From Alphaproteobacteria bacterium (lineage in GTDB: Bacteria; Pseudomonadota; Alphaproteobacteria; CACIAM-22H2): a stretch of DNA of 47,281 nt. Made by a program: the position numbers and the translations under genes. The notes beneath the pieces were generated by a model, which searched no databases, was not told the DNA's origin, and was given only the letters and a program-made list of their open reading frames with translations. The stretch is taken from positions 1 through 47,281 of the forward strand of contig JBIKLI010000001.1 in NCBI GenBank assembly GCA_044359885.1. The letters run 5' to 3'. Below are positions 26,597 to 35,223 of this stretch, piece by piece. Position 1 is the first letter of the stretch; every line of letters starts with the position of its first letter.

Positions 26597-27949
26597 TCAG
26601 GCCTCGGACTTGGCCAGCACCGGCGCGAAGGCCTCGGTGGCCTTCTGCATCTCGGCGCGCGCATCCGCGCCGCCGATGGTGTTGGTCAGACCGACGCCGA
26701 AGACGTCGCGGAACTCCGTGACCGGCACGATCTCGGGCAGGCCCTGGCGGCCGATCGCGGCGGATTCCTGCAGGCAGGTCAGCCATTCGCGCGGCAGCTT
26801 GATGTCCTTGATCACGTCGGGATTCACGTAGGGCGAGGCCCGGCAGGGCGATCCACCGCCCGATTGCAGCAGGCGGTTGCACATCAGCTTGGATGTCGCC
26901 CACTGGCAGTAGAGATAGGCGGCTTCCTTCTTCTTGCTGGCGGCGGCGACGCCGATGCCGTCGGCGAAGGTCGCGGAGTGCCGCGCCTTCGGGCCCTGCG
27001 GCATGACGGCGTAGCCGACCTTGCCGACGATGCGCGACTTGGTCGGGTCTTCCAGCGGCGGCGCGAATCCGATGCCGTCGATCCACATGCCGATCCGGCC
27101 CTGGCTGAACGAGGTCTGCGCCTCGTTCCAGTTGAAGCCGACCGTCCCGGGCGGGGCGAACTCCCGATTCAGCTTCTTGTAGAGCTCGGCCGCCGCGACC
27201 GCGCCGTCCGAGGTCGTCTGCAACTGCATCGTGCTCGGGTTCACGGGGTCGATGTCATGACCGATCATGAAGCTGGTCCAGACCGGGACATTCGCGTTCT
27301 TGAGGCCGCGCGACACCCAGCCGAACTGGCCCGATGACCTGTCGGTCAGCTTCTCGGCCGCCATCACGATCTCGTCGAAATTCCGCGGGAAGGCGAGGCC
27401 TTTCGCGGCGAAGAGCTCCTTGTTGTAGTAGATCATCCACGGGTCGATGTTCAGCGGCAGCGTGTCCATGCGCCCGTCCGCCTGGGTGGCCCAGCGCAGC
27501 CCGCCAGCGGTGAAGTCAGGGAAATCATAGTCCGGCGCCGTCAGCTGCGCATCCGCCAGCATCGGCTTCATGTCGATCATCCACTTTGCGCGACCGACCA
27601 GCCGCTTCTGGACGTGCAGCGAAACGCTCAGCACGTCGAATTGCGGATTGCCCGAATTGAACTGGATCACGACCTGCTGGCGATGCTGCTGCTCGGGCAC
27701 CGCCTCGGAGCCCACGCGGATCCCCGTCAGCTCGGTGAATTCCTTCTCGTGGGCGCGCAGCACGTTGGCGCGCGGCCCCAGCGTCAGCGAGACCTCGATG
27801 CTCTGGCCGGCGAAGCGGCGCCAATTGAAGGCGCCGCCGGTCTGGGCCGTGGCGACCTTCATGATCGCGGGCGCGGCCAGCAGACCGGCACCGCCACGCA
27901 ACGCCGCCCGGCGCGACAACGCCCGGCGCATGGTCTGATCCGTCGTCAT
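26597..27949 (-). CDS. ABC transporter substrate-binding protein (family 1) with Tat signal
   Basis: The ATG at 27949 follows GGGGAGGAAA. The N-terminus is MTTDQTMRRALSRRAALRGGAGLLAAPAIMKVATAQ. Confidence 0.9.
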   Translation of the reverse strand: MTTDQTMRRALSRRAALRGGAGLLAAPAIMKVATAQTGGAFNWRRFAGQSIEVSLTLGPRANVLRAHEKEFTELTGIRVGSEAVPEQQHRQQVVIQFNSGNPQFDVLSVSLHVQKRLVGRAKWMIDMKPMLADAQLTAPDYDFPDFTAGGLRWATQADGRMDTLPLNIDPWMIYYNKELFAAKGLAFPRNFDEIVMAAEKLTDRSSGQFGWVSRGLKNANVPVWTSFMIGHDIDPVNPSTMQLQTTSDGAVAAAELYKKLNREFAPPGTVGFNWNEAQTSFSQGRIGMWIDGIGFAPPLEDPTKSRIVGKVGYAVMPQGPKARHSATFADGIGVAAASKKKEAAYLYCQWATSKLMCNRLLQSGGGSPCRASPYVNPDVIKDIKLPREWLTCLQESAAIGRQGLPEIVPVTEFRDVFGVGLTNTIGGADARAEMQKATEAFAPVLAKSEA

Positions 27950-28104
27950 TCGTTTCCTCCCCTGATGGATACGCAACCGCAGGTTAAGGCGTCCGCGTCC
28001 CGCGATCCATAGCCCTCAAGGGGCCTGAGCCCATCGGGGTCAGACCCCTCGCCCCCTTGACCTCGGGGCTGTCGGGCGCGGGTGCCTTCGCCTACGCTGT
28101 CGCG

Positions 28105-29334
28105 ATGGACAATGACCGTATCCCGCCGCGGCTGCTGGCGATGTGGGGCCTCGCCGCCTCGACTTTCCTCTACGCGTTCCTGCAGCGTGTCTCGCCCTCG
28201 GTCATGGTCGAGGACCTGATGCGCGATTTCGGGGTCGGCGCGGCGGTGCTGGGCAGCCTGTCGGCCTTCTACCTCTACGCCTATGCCGGTCTGCAGATCC
28301 CGCTCGGCCTGCTGTTCGACCGCTTCGGGGTGCGGCGGCTGATGGTGGCCTCGATCGCGCTCTCCGGCGCCGGGTCGCTGATCTTCGCCGCCGCGCCGGC
28401 CGTCGAAATCGCCTATCTGGGCCGCGCGCTGATCGGGGCGGGGGCAGCCTGCAGTTTCGTCGGCGCACTGACCGTGACCGCGCTCTGGCTGCCGCCCGCG
28501 CGTTTCGCGATGCTCGCGGGGCTGGTCCAGCTGCTCGGCATGTCGGGCGCGATCTTCGGACAGGCGCCGCTCGCCGCGCTGGTCGCGGCGAGCGGATGGC
28601 GCGGCGCGCTGGCCGCGCTGGGCGCGCTCGCGGCGATGCTGGCGGTGGCGCTTCACCTGCTGCTGCGCGACAAGCCGCAGGGCGGCGTCGCGCCGATGCG
28701 CCTCGGCCCGGCCATCCGTGGCGTCCTGTCCGTGCGCGAGACCTGGACCAGCGCCGTCTACGGCTTCGCGATGACCGGTCCCATGCTGGCTTTCGGCGGT
28801 CTCTGGGCCGTTCCCTATCTGACCACCGTCTATGGGCTGCCGCGCACCACGGCCGCAGGGCTGACCTCGCTGCTCTTCGCCGGCTGGGGCGTCGGCGCGC
28901 CGGCGATCGGCTGGATCTCCGACCGGTTGGGACGGCGCCGCGCGCCGATGGCGGTCTGCGCGGCTCTCAGCGGCGCGCTGCTGGCCGCCATCGTGTTCGG
29001 TCCGGTCTGGCCGCTGCCGGTGCTGGCCGCGATGCTGACCCTCCACGGCTTCACCGCCTCGGCGATGGTGCTCGGCTTCGCGGTCGTCAAGGAGCGCAAC
29101 GCGGCCGGCGCCGCCGCGCTGGCCCTGGCCGTGGTCAACACCTTCGTCGTCGGCTCCGGCGCGCTGCTCCAGCCGGCGATCGGCTGGCTGCTCGACCGCA
29201 GCTGGACCGGCGCGATGGCCGATGGCGCCCGGATCTACGATGCCGCCGCCTATGGCGCCGCGCTCGCCCTCCTGCCGCCGCTGTTCCTGGCGGCGCTGGC
29301 CGCCGTCGCGGTCTCGCGCGAAACGCGGCCGTGA
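28105..29334 (+). CDS. MFS transporter
   Basis: The first ATG is at 28105, and the track ORF starts at a TTG at 28057. MFS motif A is GWISDRLGRRRAPM, with about 12 hydrophobic spans. Confidence 0.8.
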   Translation: MDNDRIPPRLLAMWGLAASTFLYAFLQRVSPSVMVEDLMRDFGVGAAVLGSLSAFYLYAYAGLQIPLGLLFDRFGVRRLMVASIALSGAGSLIFAAAPAVEIAYLGRALIGAGAACSFVGALTVTALWLPPARFAMLAGLVQLLGMSGAIFGQAPLAALVAASGWRGALAALGALAAMLAVALHLLLRDKPQGGVAPMRLGPAIRGVLSVRETWTSAVYGFAMTGPMLAFGGLWAVPYLTTVYGLPRTTAAGLTSLLFAGWGVGAPAIGWISDRLGRRRAPMAVCAALSGALLAAIVFGPVWPLPVLAAMLTLHGFTASAMVLGFAVVKERNAAGAAALALAVVNTFVVGSGALLQPAIGWLLDRSWTGAMADGARIYDAAAYGAALALLPPLFLAALAAVAVSRETRP

Positions 29335-29389
29335 CGCGCGGCCGGGGGCTTCCCGCACCGCCCCCGGCTTGGGTATAGCTGGCGACGCC

Positions 29390-30166
29390 ATGACCGACAC
29401 GCTGCTTGTCGCGCGCGACGGCGTACGACTCACCCTGACGCTGAACCGGCCCGAGCGCCTCAATGCGCTGGGCCGCGCCGAATGGGAGGCGCTGGGCGAC
29501 GCGGCGCTTGCCGCCGCGGCGGACCCCACGCTGCGAGTGGTCGTCGTCACCGGCGCCGGCAGGGCCTTCGCCGCCGGCGGCGACATCGAGGAATTCCAGC
29601 GCGTGCGCCGGACGCCGGCGGAGGCCAAGGCCTACGACGCGCGCGTCGTCCGGGCGACGGCCGCGCTCGCCGCCTGCCCGCATCCGGTGATCGCGGCCAT
29701 CAACGGCGACTGCGTCGGCGGCGGTCTGGAGATCGCCGCCAGCTGCGACCTGCGCATCGCCGCCGCCGCGGCGCGCTTCGGCATCCCCGTGGGCCGCCTC
29801 GCCATGGCGGCGCCACCGGAGGCGGTCGAGGCGCTGGTCGACCTGGTCGGTCTCGACCGCGCGCTGTCGCTGCTGCTGGAGGCGCGGCTCATCGACGCGG
29901 CGGAAGCCGACCGGATCGGCCTCGTCACGCGCGTGGTGGCCGACCGCGATTTCGCCGCCGAGATCGACGACGCCGCCGCGCGCATCGCCGCGGGCGGCCC
30001 TCTCGCCGCGCGCGCGCACAAGCGCGTCGCGCGGGCCTGGGCCGAGCGCCGCGTCGTCCCGGCCGAGACCGTCGACCAGGCCTATGCCTGCATCGCCAGC
30101 GCGGATTTCCGCGCCGGGATCGCCGCCTTCCTCGCCAAGCGCAGACCCGTCTTCGAAGGACAATGA
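29390..30166 (+). CDS. Enoyl-CoA hydratase/isomerase family protein
   Basis: MTDTLLVARDGVRLTLTLNRPERLNAL, VVVTGAGRAFAAGGDI, and INGDCVGGGLEIA. Confidence 0.9.
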   Translation: MTDTLLVARDGVRLTLTLNRPERLNALGRAEWEALGDAALAAAADPTLRVVVVTGAGRAFAAGGDIEEFQRVRRTPAEAKAYDARVVRATAALAACPHPVIAAINGDCVGGGLEIAASCDLRIAAAAARFGIPVGRLAMAAPPEAVEALVDLVGLDRALSLLLEARLIDAAEADRIGLVTRVVADRDFAAEIDDAAARIAAGGPLAARAHKRVARAWAERRVVPAETVDQAYACIASADFRAGIAAFLAKRRPVFEGQ

Positions 30167-30170
30167 CGCC

Positions 30171-30581
30171 ATGACCGCTGCCGCCACCCGCAAGCTCGTG
30201 GGCGCCTATTACGATCGCTTCAACGCCCAGGACGTGGAGGGCTTCCTGGAATTGCTGACGCCCGACGTCGTCCACGAGATCAGCCAGGGCGGCAGCGAGA
30301 AGGGCCGCGCGAAGTTCCGCGCCTTCCTGCTGCGCATGAACCGCTGCTACCGCGAGCGCGTCAGCGAACTTGCGATCATGACCGACGCCGCGGGCACGCG
30401 CGCCGCCGCCGAGTTCCGCCTCGACGGCCGCTATCTGGAGACCGACGGCGACTTCCTGCCCGCGACCGGGCAGCGCTATCGCCTGCGCGTCGGCGCGTTC
30501 TTCGTCGTGCGCGAGGGGCGCATCGCGCGGATCTCGAACCACTACAATCTCAAGGACTGGCTGCGCCAGGTCGGCCGATGA
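30171..30581 (+). CDS. SnoaL/NTF2-like (ketosteroid-isomerase-like) protein
   Basis: 136 aa with YYDRFNAQDVEGFLELLTPDVVH at the N-terminus. This is a fold-level call only. It starts 4 nt after the hydratase stop. Confidence 0.7.
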   Translation: MTAAATRKLVGAYYDRFNAQDVEGFLELLTPDVVHEISQGGSEKGRAKFRAFLLRMNRCYRERVSELAIMTDAAGTRAAAEFRLDGRYLETDGDFLPATGQRYRLRVGAFFVVREGRIARISNHYNLKDWLRQVGR

Positions 30582-31177
30582 CGCCGCCGCCGGGGATCCG
30601 GCTGGAGACGCTGTCCGGCGCCGCGGTCATGGACGTGGTCGGGGATCTGGCCCGGTTGCGCGTCGAGGTCTTCCGCGACTGGCCCTATCTCTACGACGGC
30701 GACGCGGACTACGAGGAACGCTACCTTGCGAAATACGCCCGGATCCCCGAGGCCACGATCGTCGTCGCGCGCGACGGCACACGCGTCGTCGGCGCCGCGA
30801 CCGCGCTGCCGCTGGCGACGGCGGAGGACGCGATGCAGGCGCCTTTCGTCGCCGCCGGGATGGATCCGCGCGACTGGTGCTATTTCGGCGAGTCGGTCCT
30901 GGAGCGCGACTGGCGCGGACGGGGCATCGGCGTGGCGTTCTTCGCCGGACGCGAGGCCCGGGCCGCGGCGCTGGGCTTCCGCCGCACGACGTTCTGCGCC
31001 GTCGAGCGCCCCGGTGGCCATCCCCAGCGCCCGCCCGGCTACGTGCCGCTCGACGCGTTCTGGGGCCGGCGCGGCTATCTCCGGCGTCCCGATCTGCGCG
31101 CAAGCTTCGCGTGGCGCGATCTGGGACAGGAGGACGAGACGCCGCACCCCATGGTGTTCTGGACCCGCGAGACGTGA
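30578..31177 (+). CDS. GNAT-family acyltransferase
   Basis: The ATG overlaps the preceding stop (ATGA). WRGRGIGVAFFAGREARAAALGF is an acetyl-CoA-binding motif A-like segment. Confidence 0.7.
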   Translation: MTPPPGIRLETLSGAAVMDVVGDLARLRVEVFRDWPYLYDGDADYEERYLAKYARIPEATIVVARDGTRVVGAATALPLATAEDAMQAPFVAAGMDPRDWCYFGESVLERDWRGRGIGVAFFAGREARAAALGFRRTTFCAVERPGGHPQRPPGYVPLDAFWGRRGYLRRPDLRASFAWRDLGQEDETPHPMVFWTRET

Positions 31178-31244
31178 GCCGCCCTTGCCGGGGATCCCCG
31201 GCGGAGGCCAGACTGCCGTCGGCATCGCATCCGAGGATCGCATC

Positions 31245-31997
31245 ATGGATTTTCCCCGCACCGTCCTGATCACCGGCGCCAGCCGCGGCATCGGCGCCGC
31301 CTGCGCGACGCGGCTGGCCATGCAGGGCTGGGACGTCGCCGTCAACTACGCGCGCGACGCCGCCGCCGCCGAACGTACTGCCGCCGCGGTGCGCGCGCAG
31401 GGACGCCGCGCGCTGATCCTCCAGGCCGATGTCGGCGACGAGGCGGCGACGCTGGCGATGTTCGCGCGGCTCGACGACGCGTGGGGGCCGATCGGCGGCC
31501 TGGTCAACAACGCCGGCATCGTCGCGATGCAGGCGCGACTGGAAGAGATGGAGACGTCACGCTGGCGGCGGATGTTCGACGTCAACGTGATCGGCTCGAT
31601 GCTCTGCGCACGCGAAGCCGTGCGCCGGATGAGCACGCGCCACGGCGGCCGCGGCGGCGCGATCGTCAACCTGTCGAGCGCCGCCGCCGTGCTCGGCGGA
31701 CCCGGCATGTATGTCGACTACGCGGCCAGCAAGGGCGCGATCGACTCGCTGACCATCGGTCTGGCGCGGGAAGTGGCGAGCGACGGCATCCGCGTCAACG
31801 CGGTGCGGCCCGGCATCATCGACACCGAGATCCACGCCGACAGCGGCGACCCGGCCCGCGCCACGTCCTCCGCCGGTCTCGTGCCGATGAAACGCCCGGG
31901 CACGGCGATGGAATGCGCCAACGCTGTCGCCTGGCTTCTGTCCGGCGAGGCGTCCTACGTTACCGGCACGGTGGTGACCGTCAGCGGCGGACGCTGA
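31245..31997 (+). CDS. SDR-family oxidoreductase
   Basis: VLITGASRGIGAA, NNAGI, and YAASKGAI (Y-x3-K). Confidence 0.9.
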   Translation: MDFPRTVLITGASRGIGAACATRLAMQGWDVAVNYARDAAAAERTAAAVRAQGRRALILQADVGDEAATLAMFARLDDAWGPIGGLVNNAGIVAMQARLEEMETSRWRRMFDVNVIGSMLCAREAVRRMSTRHGGRGGAIVNLSSAAAVLGGPGMYVDYAASKGAIDSLTIGLAREVASDGIRVNAVRPGIIDTEIHADSGDPARATSSAGLVPMKRPGTAMECANAVAWLLSGEASYVTGTVVTVSGGR

Positions 31998-31998
31998 C

Positions 31999-33201
31999 AT
32001 GACCGAGGCGGCGCAGACGACCGGGCTGCCGCTCGCCGGGATCCGCGTCGTCGAGTTCGTCCACATGGTCATGGGTCCGACCTGCGGGCTGGTGCTCGCA
32101 GATCTCGGCGCCGAGGTGATCAAGGTCGAACCGGCGCCCGACGGCGACAACACGCGTCGCCTGACCGGCTCCGGTGCCGGATTCTTCGCCAATTTCAACC
32201 GCAACAAGAAGTCCTTCGCCGTCGACCTGAAATCGCCCGCGGGGCGCGAGGCGGTCGACCGGTTGATCGCGACCGCCGACGTCGTCACCGAGAATTTCCG
32301 TCCCGGCGCGATGGAGAAGCTGGGCCTGGGCTGGGAGCATCTGCATGCACGCCACCCGCGGCTGATCTATGCCTCGCACAAAGGCTTCCTCGACGGCCCG
32401 TACCAGGAGCGCACCGCGCTCGACGAGGTCGTGCAGATGATGGCCGGGCTCGCCTACATGACCGGACCGCCGGGACGGCCGCTGCGCGCCGGGACATCGG
32501 TCAACGACATCATGGGCGGCATGTTCGCGGCGATCGGCGTGCTGGCGGCGCTTGTCGAACGGCGCGAGACCGGCCGCGGCAAGCTGGTACGCGCGGCGCT
32601 GTTCGAGAACTGCGCCTTCCTGGTCTCGCAGCACATGGCGGCCTACGGCGTGACCGGCAAGGCCCTGCCGCCGATGTCCGTGCGCGTCTCGGCCTGGGGC
32701 ATCTACGACGTCTTCGAGACCGCCGATGGCCAGCAGATCTTCTTCTCGGTCGTGACGGATTCCCAATGGGCTGCGTTCTGCGAGGCGGTCGGCTGGCAGG
32801 CGCGTCTCGCCGATGCCGCGCTCAAGACCAACACGCTGCGCGTGGCGGCCCGGCCCACGCTGATCCCGGAGGTCGCGGCCCTGCTCAAGGCCATGACGCG
32901 CGCCGAGATCGTGGCGCTCGCCGAACGCGCCGGCCTGCCCTATGCGCCGATCGCCCGGCCCGAGGACCTGTTCGACGACCCGCATCTCAATGCCTCGGGG
33001 GGACTTGCCGACACGGCGCTGCCCGAGGGCGGCCATGTCAAGCTGCCGATCCTGCCGCTCGACCTGGACGGCAGGCGCCTGCCCAAGCGCCTCGATCCGC
33101 CGCGCCTGGGCGCGCAGACCGGCGAGGTGCTGGCCGGCCTCGGCTACTCCGCGGCCGAGATCGACGCGATGGCGGCGGCAGGAACGATCCGCCGCGGCTG
33201 A
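31999..33201 (+). CDS. Family III CoA-transferase (CaiB/BaiF type)
   Basis: 400 aa with PLAGIRVVEFVHMVMGPTCGLVLADLGAEVIKVEP. It starts 1 nt after the SDR stop. Confidence 0.9.
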   Translation: MTEAAQTTGLPLAGIRVVEFVHMVMGPTCGLVLADLGAEVIKVEPAPDGDNTRRLTGSGAGFFANFNRNKKSFAVDLKSPAGREAVDRLIATADVVTENFRPGAMEKLGLGWEHLHARHPRLIYASHKGFLDGPYQERTALDEVVQMMAGLAYMTGPPGRPLRAGTSVNDIMGGMFAAIGVLAALVERRETGRGKLVRAALFENCAFLVSQHMAAYGVTGKALPPMSVRVSAWGIYDVFETADGQQIFFSVVTDSQWAAFCEAVGWQARLADAALKTNTLRVAARPTLIPEVAALLKAMTRAEIVALAERAGLPYAPIARPEDLFDDPHLNASGGLADTALPEGGHVKLPILPLDLDGRRLPKRLDPPRLGAQTGEVLAGLGYSAAEIDAMAAAGTIRRG

Positions 33202-33273
33202 CCGGCGCGGCCGGGGGCGCGAAGGGCGCGCGGGTCACGCATCACGGTCGCACGGTCGCCGGGCGACCGGCTG

Positions 33274-35121
33274 TCAATCCGCCGCCGCGGCGAAGCCCCC
33301 GGACTGGCGCAGCCACATGCGCGAATAGGGGCCGCCGGCTTCGAGCAGGGCGGCGTGGGTGCCCTGCTCGACGATGCGGCCATGTTCGAGCACCACCAGG
33401 CGGTCCATCCGCGCGATGGTCGACAGGCGGTGCGCGATGGCGATCACCGTGCGGCCGCGCATCAGCGTCTCGAGCTGGCCCTGGATCGCGGCTTCGACTT
33501 CCGAGTCCAGCGCGCTGGTCGCCTCGTCGAGCACCAGGATCGGCGCGTTCTTGAGGATCACGCGCGCGATCGCGATGCGCTGACGCTGGCCGCCGGAAAG
33601 CTTGACGCCGCGCTCGCCGACATGCGCGTCGAAGCCGCGCCGGCCGTCCCAGTCCTCGAGCAGTTCGATGAAGTCGGTGGCCTCGGCCTGGTCGGCCGCG
33701 GCGCGGATCTCGGCCTCGCTGGCCCAGGGGCGGCCGTAGCGGATGTTGTCGCGGATCGAGCGGTGCAGCAGCGAAGTGTCCTGCGTCACCATCGCGATCT
33801 GGGTGCGCAGACTCTCCTGCGTGACCCCGGCGATGTCCTGGCCGTCGATCAGGATCCGCCCGGACTCGGGGCGATGGAAGTTCAGCAGCAGGTTGACCAG
33901 CGTCGACTTGCCAGCGCCGGAATGCCCGACCAGCCCGACCCGCTCGCCCGGCCGGATGGTCAGATCGAGGTCGTGCAGCACGCCGCGCGCCGTGCCGTAG
34001 CCGAAGCGCAGGTTCTCGAAGCGGATCTCGCCCCGCGTCACCGACAATTCCCGGGCGCCGGGAGGGTCGGGCATCTGCCGCGGCACGGCGATCGAACGCA
34101 TTCCCTCCTGCACCACGCCGACGTTCTCGAAGATCGTGGTCACGTTGTCTCCGACCCAGCCGGCCATGTTGGCGATCTGCCAGGCGAGCGGCAGCGCCAT
34201 CGCCACCGTGCCGACGCCGATCTCGCCAGCGCGCCAGAGCATGATGGCGGTCGCGGCCGTGCCGACGATCAGGCACGCGTTGATCAGGTTGAGGGTCAGG
34301 ATATAGCGCGTGGTCATCCGCAACTGGTGATGGAACATGCCGGTATGGTCGTCGACGGCCTCGCGCACGAAATCGTCCTCGTCGCGCGCCCGGGCGAAGA
34401 GCTTGACGGTCAGGATGTTGGTGTAGCTGTCGACGATCCGGCCGGTCATCGCCGATCGCGCCTCGCTGGTCGCGCGGCTGCGGTCGCGCATCCGCGGCAC
34501 GAAATATCGCAGCATGACGACATAGGCCACGAACCAGGCCAGCATCGGGATCGCCAGACGTCCGTCGATGCTGCCCAGCAGCAGCACCGCGCTGCTGCCG
34601 TAGACGACGATGTACCAGACGGCATTCGTCGTGCTGACCACGCTCTCGCGCAGCGACGGGCCGGTCTGCATCACGCGGTTGGCGATGCGCCCGGCGAAGT
34701 CGTTCTGGAAGAAGCTCCAGCTCTGCCGCACGACATGCCAGTGGTTCTGCCAGCGCACCATGTTGGTCAGGCCGACATTGATCGACTGGTTGGTCAGCAT
34801 CACGCGCAGCGACAGCGCCGCGGGGCGCAGCACCAGCATCACGCCGGCCATGCCCAGCAGGACGTGCCAGTTCTCCTGCCAGATCGTCTCGGGCGCGGCG
34901 CGACCGACCAGTTCCACGACATGGCCGATCATCACCGGGATGGTCACGTCCAGCAGCGCCACGACCAGACCGGCGCCGAAAAGCGCGAGGAGAAGGCCGC
35001 GCGTCTGGCGCACGAAATGCAGATAGAAGCGGATCAGGCCGTGGCGGCCGCCTTCCACCGGAGGGGAAGGATCGGGCGCGATCTCGGTCGGACGCAGCAG
35101 GTTCTCGAAGTAGCGGAACAT
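33274..35121 (-). CDS. ABC exporter, fused permease/ATPase (MsbA-like half transporter)
   Basis: 615 aa with a six-span N-terminal domain. Walker A is GHSGAGKST, the signature is LSGGQRQR, and Walker B is ILVLDEATSALD. Confidence 0.9.
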   Translation of the reverse strand: MFRYFENLLRPTEIAPDPSPPVEGGRHGLIRFYLHFVRQTRGLLLALFGAGLVVALLDVTIPVMIGHVVELVGRAAPETIWQENWHVLLGMAGVMLVLRPAALSLRVMLTNQSINVGLTNMVRWQNHWHVVRQSWSFFQNDFAGRIANRVMQTGPSLRESVVSTTNAVWYIVVYGSSAVLLLGSIDGRLAIPMLAWFVAYVVMLRYFVPRMRDRSRATSEARSAMTGRIVDSYTNILTVKLFARARDEDDFVREAVDDHTGMFHHQLRMTTRYILTLNLINACLIVGTAATAIMLWRAGEIGVGTVAMALPLAWQIANMAGWVGDNVTTIFENVGVVQEGMRSIAVPRQMPDPPGARELSVTRGEIRFENLRFGYGTARGVLHDLDLTIRPGERVGLVGHSGAGKSTLVNLLLNFHRPESGRILIDGQDIAGVTQESLRTQIAMVTQDTSLLHRSIRDNIRYGRPWASEAEIRAAADQAEATDFIELLEDWDGRRGFDAHVGERGVKLSGGQRQRIAIARVILKNAPILVLDEATSALDSEVEAAIQGQLETLMRGRTVIAIAHRLSTIARMDRLVVLEHGRIVEQGTHAALLEAGGPYSRMWLRQSGGFAAAAD

Positions 35122-35223
35122 GCCGCCTCGCCAGTGCCGGATCGCCGCCGCCGGTCAAGGCCCGGCCGCTGCATGCGACATTCTTAACGCCGCCGCGAAA
35201 CCCGGGCAAGCGCGGGGCGCATC

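Noticed and set aside
35122-35223. A short ORF (ATGTCGCATGCAGCGGCCGGGCCTTGA, 8 codons, minus strand) as a RiPP precursor between the peptidase and the exporter.
   Set aside because: It is too short, has no ribosome-binding site and contains no proline or recognisable core. It is most likely a chance ORF.
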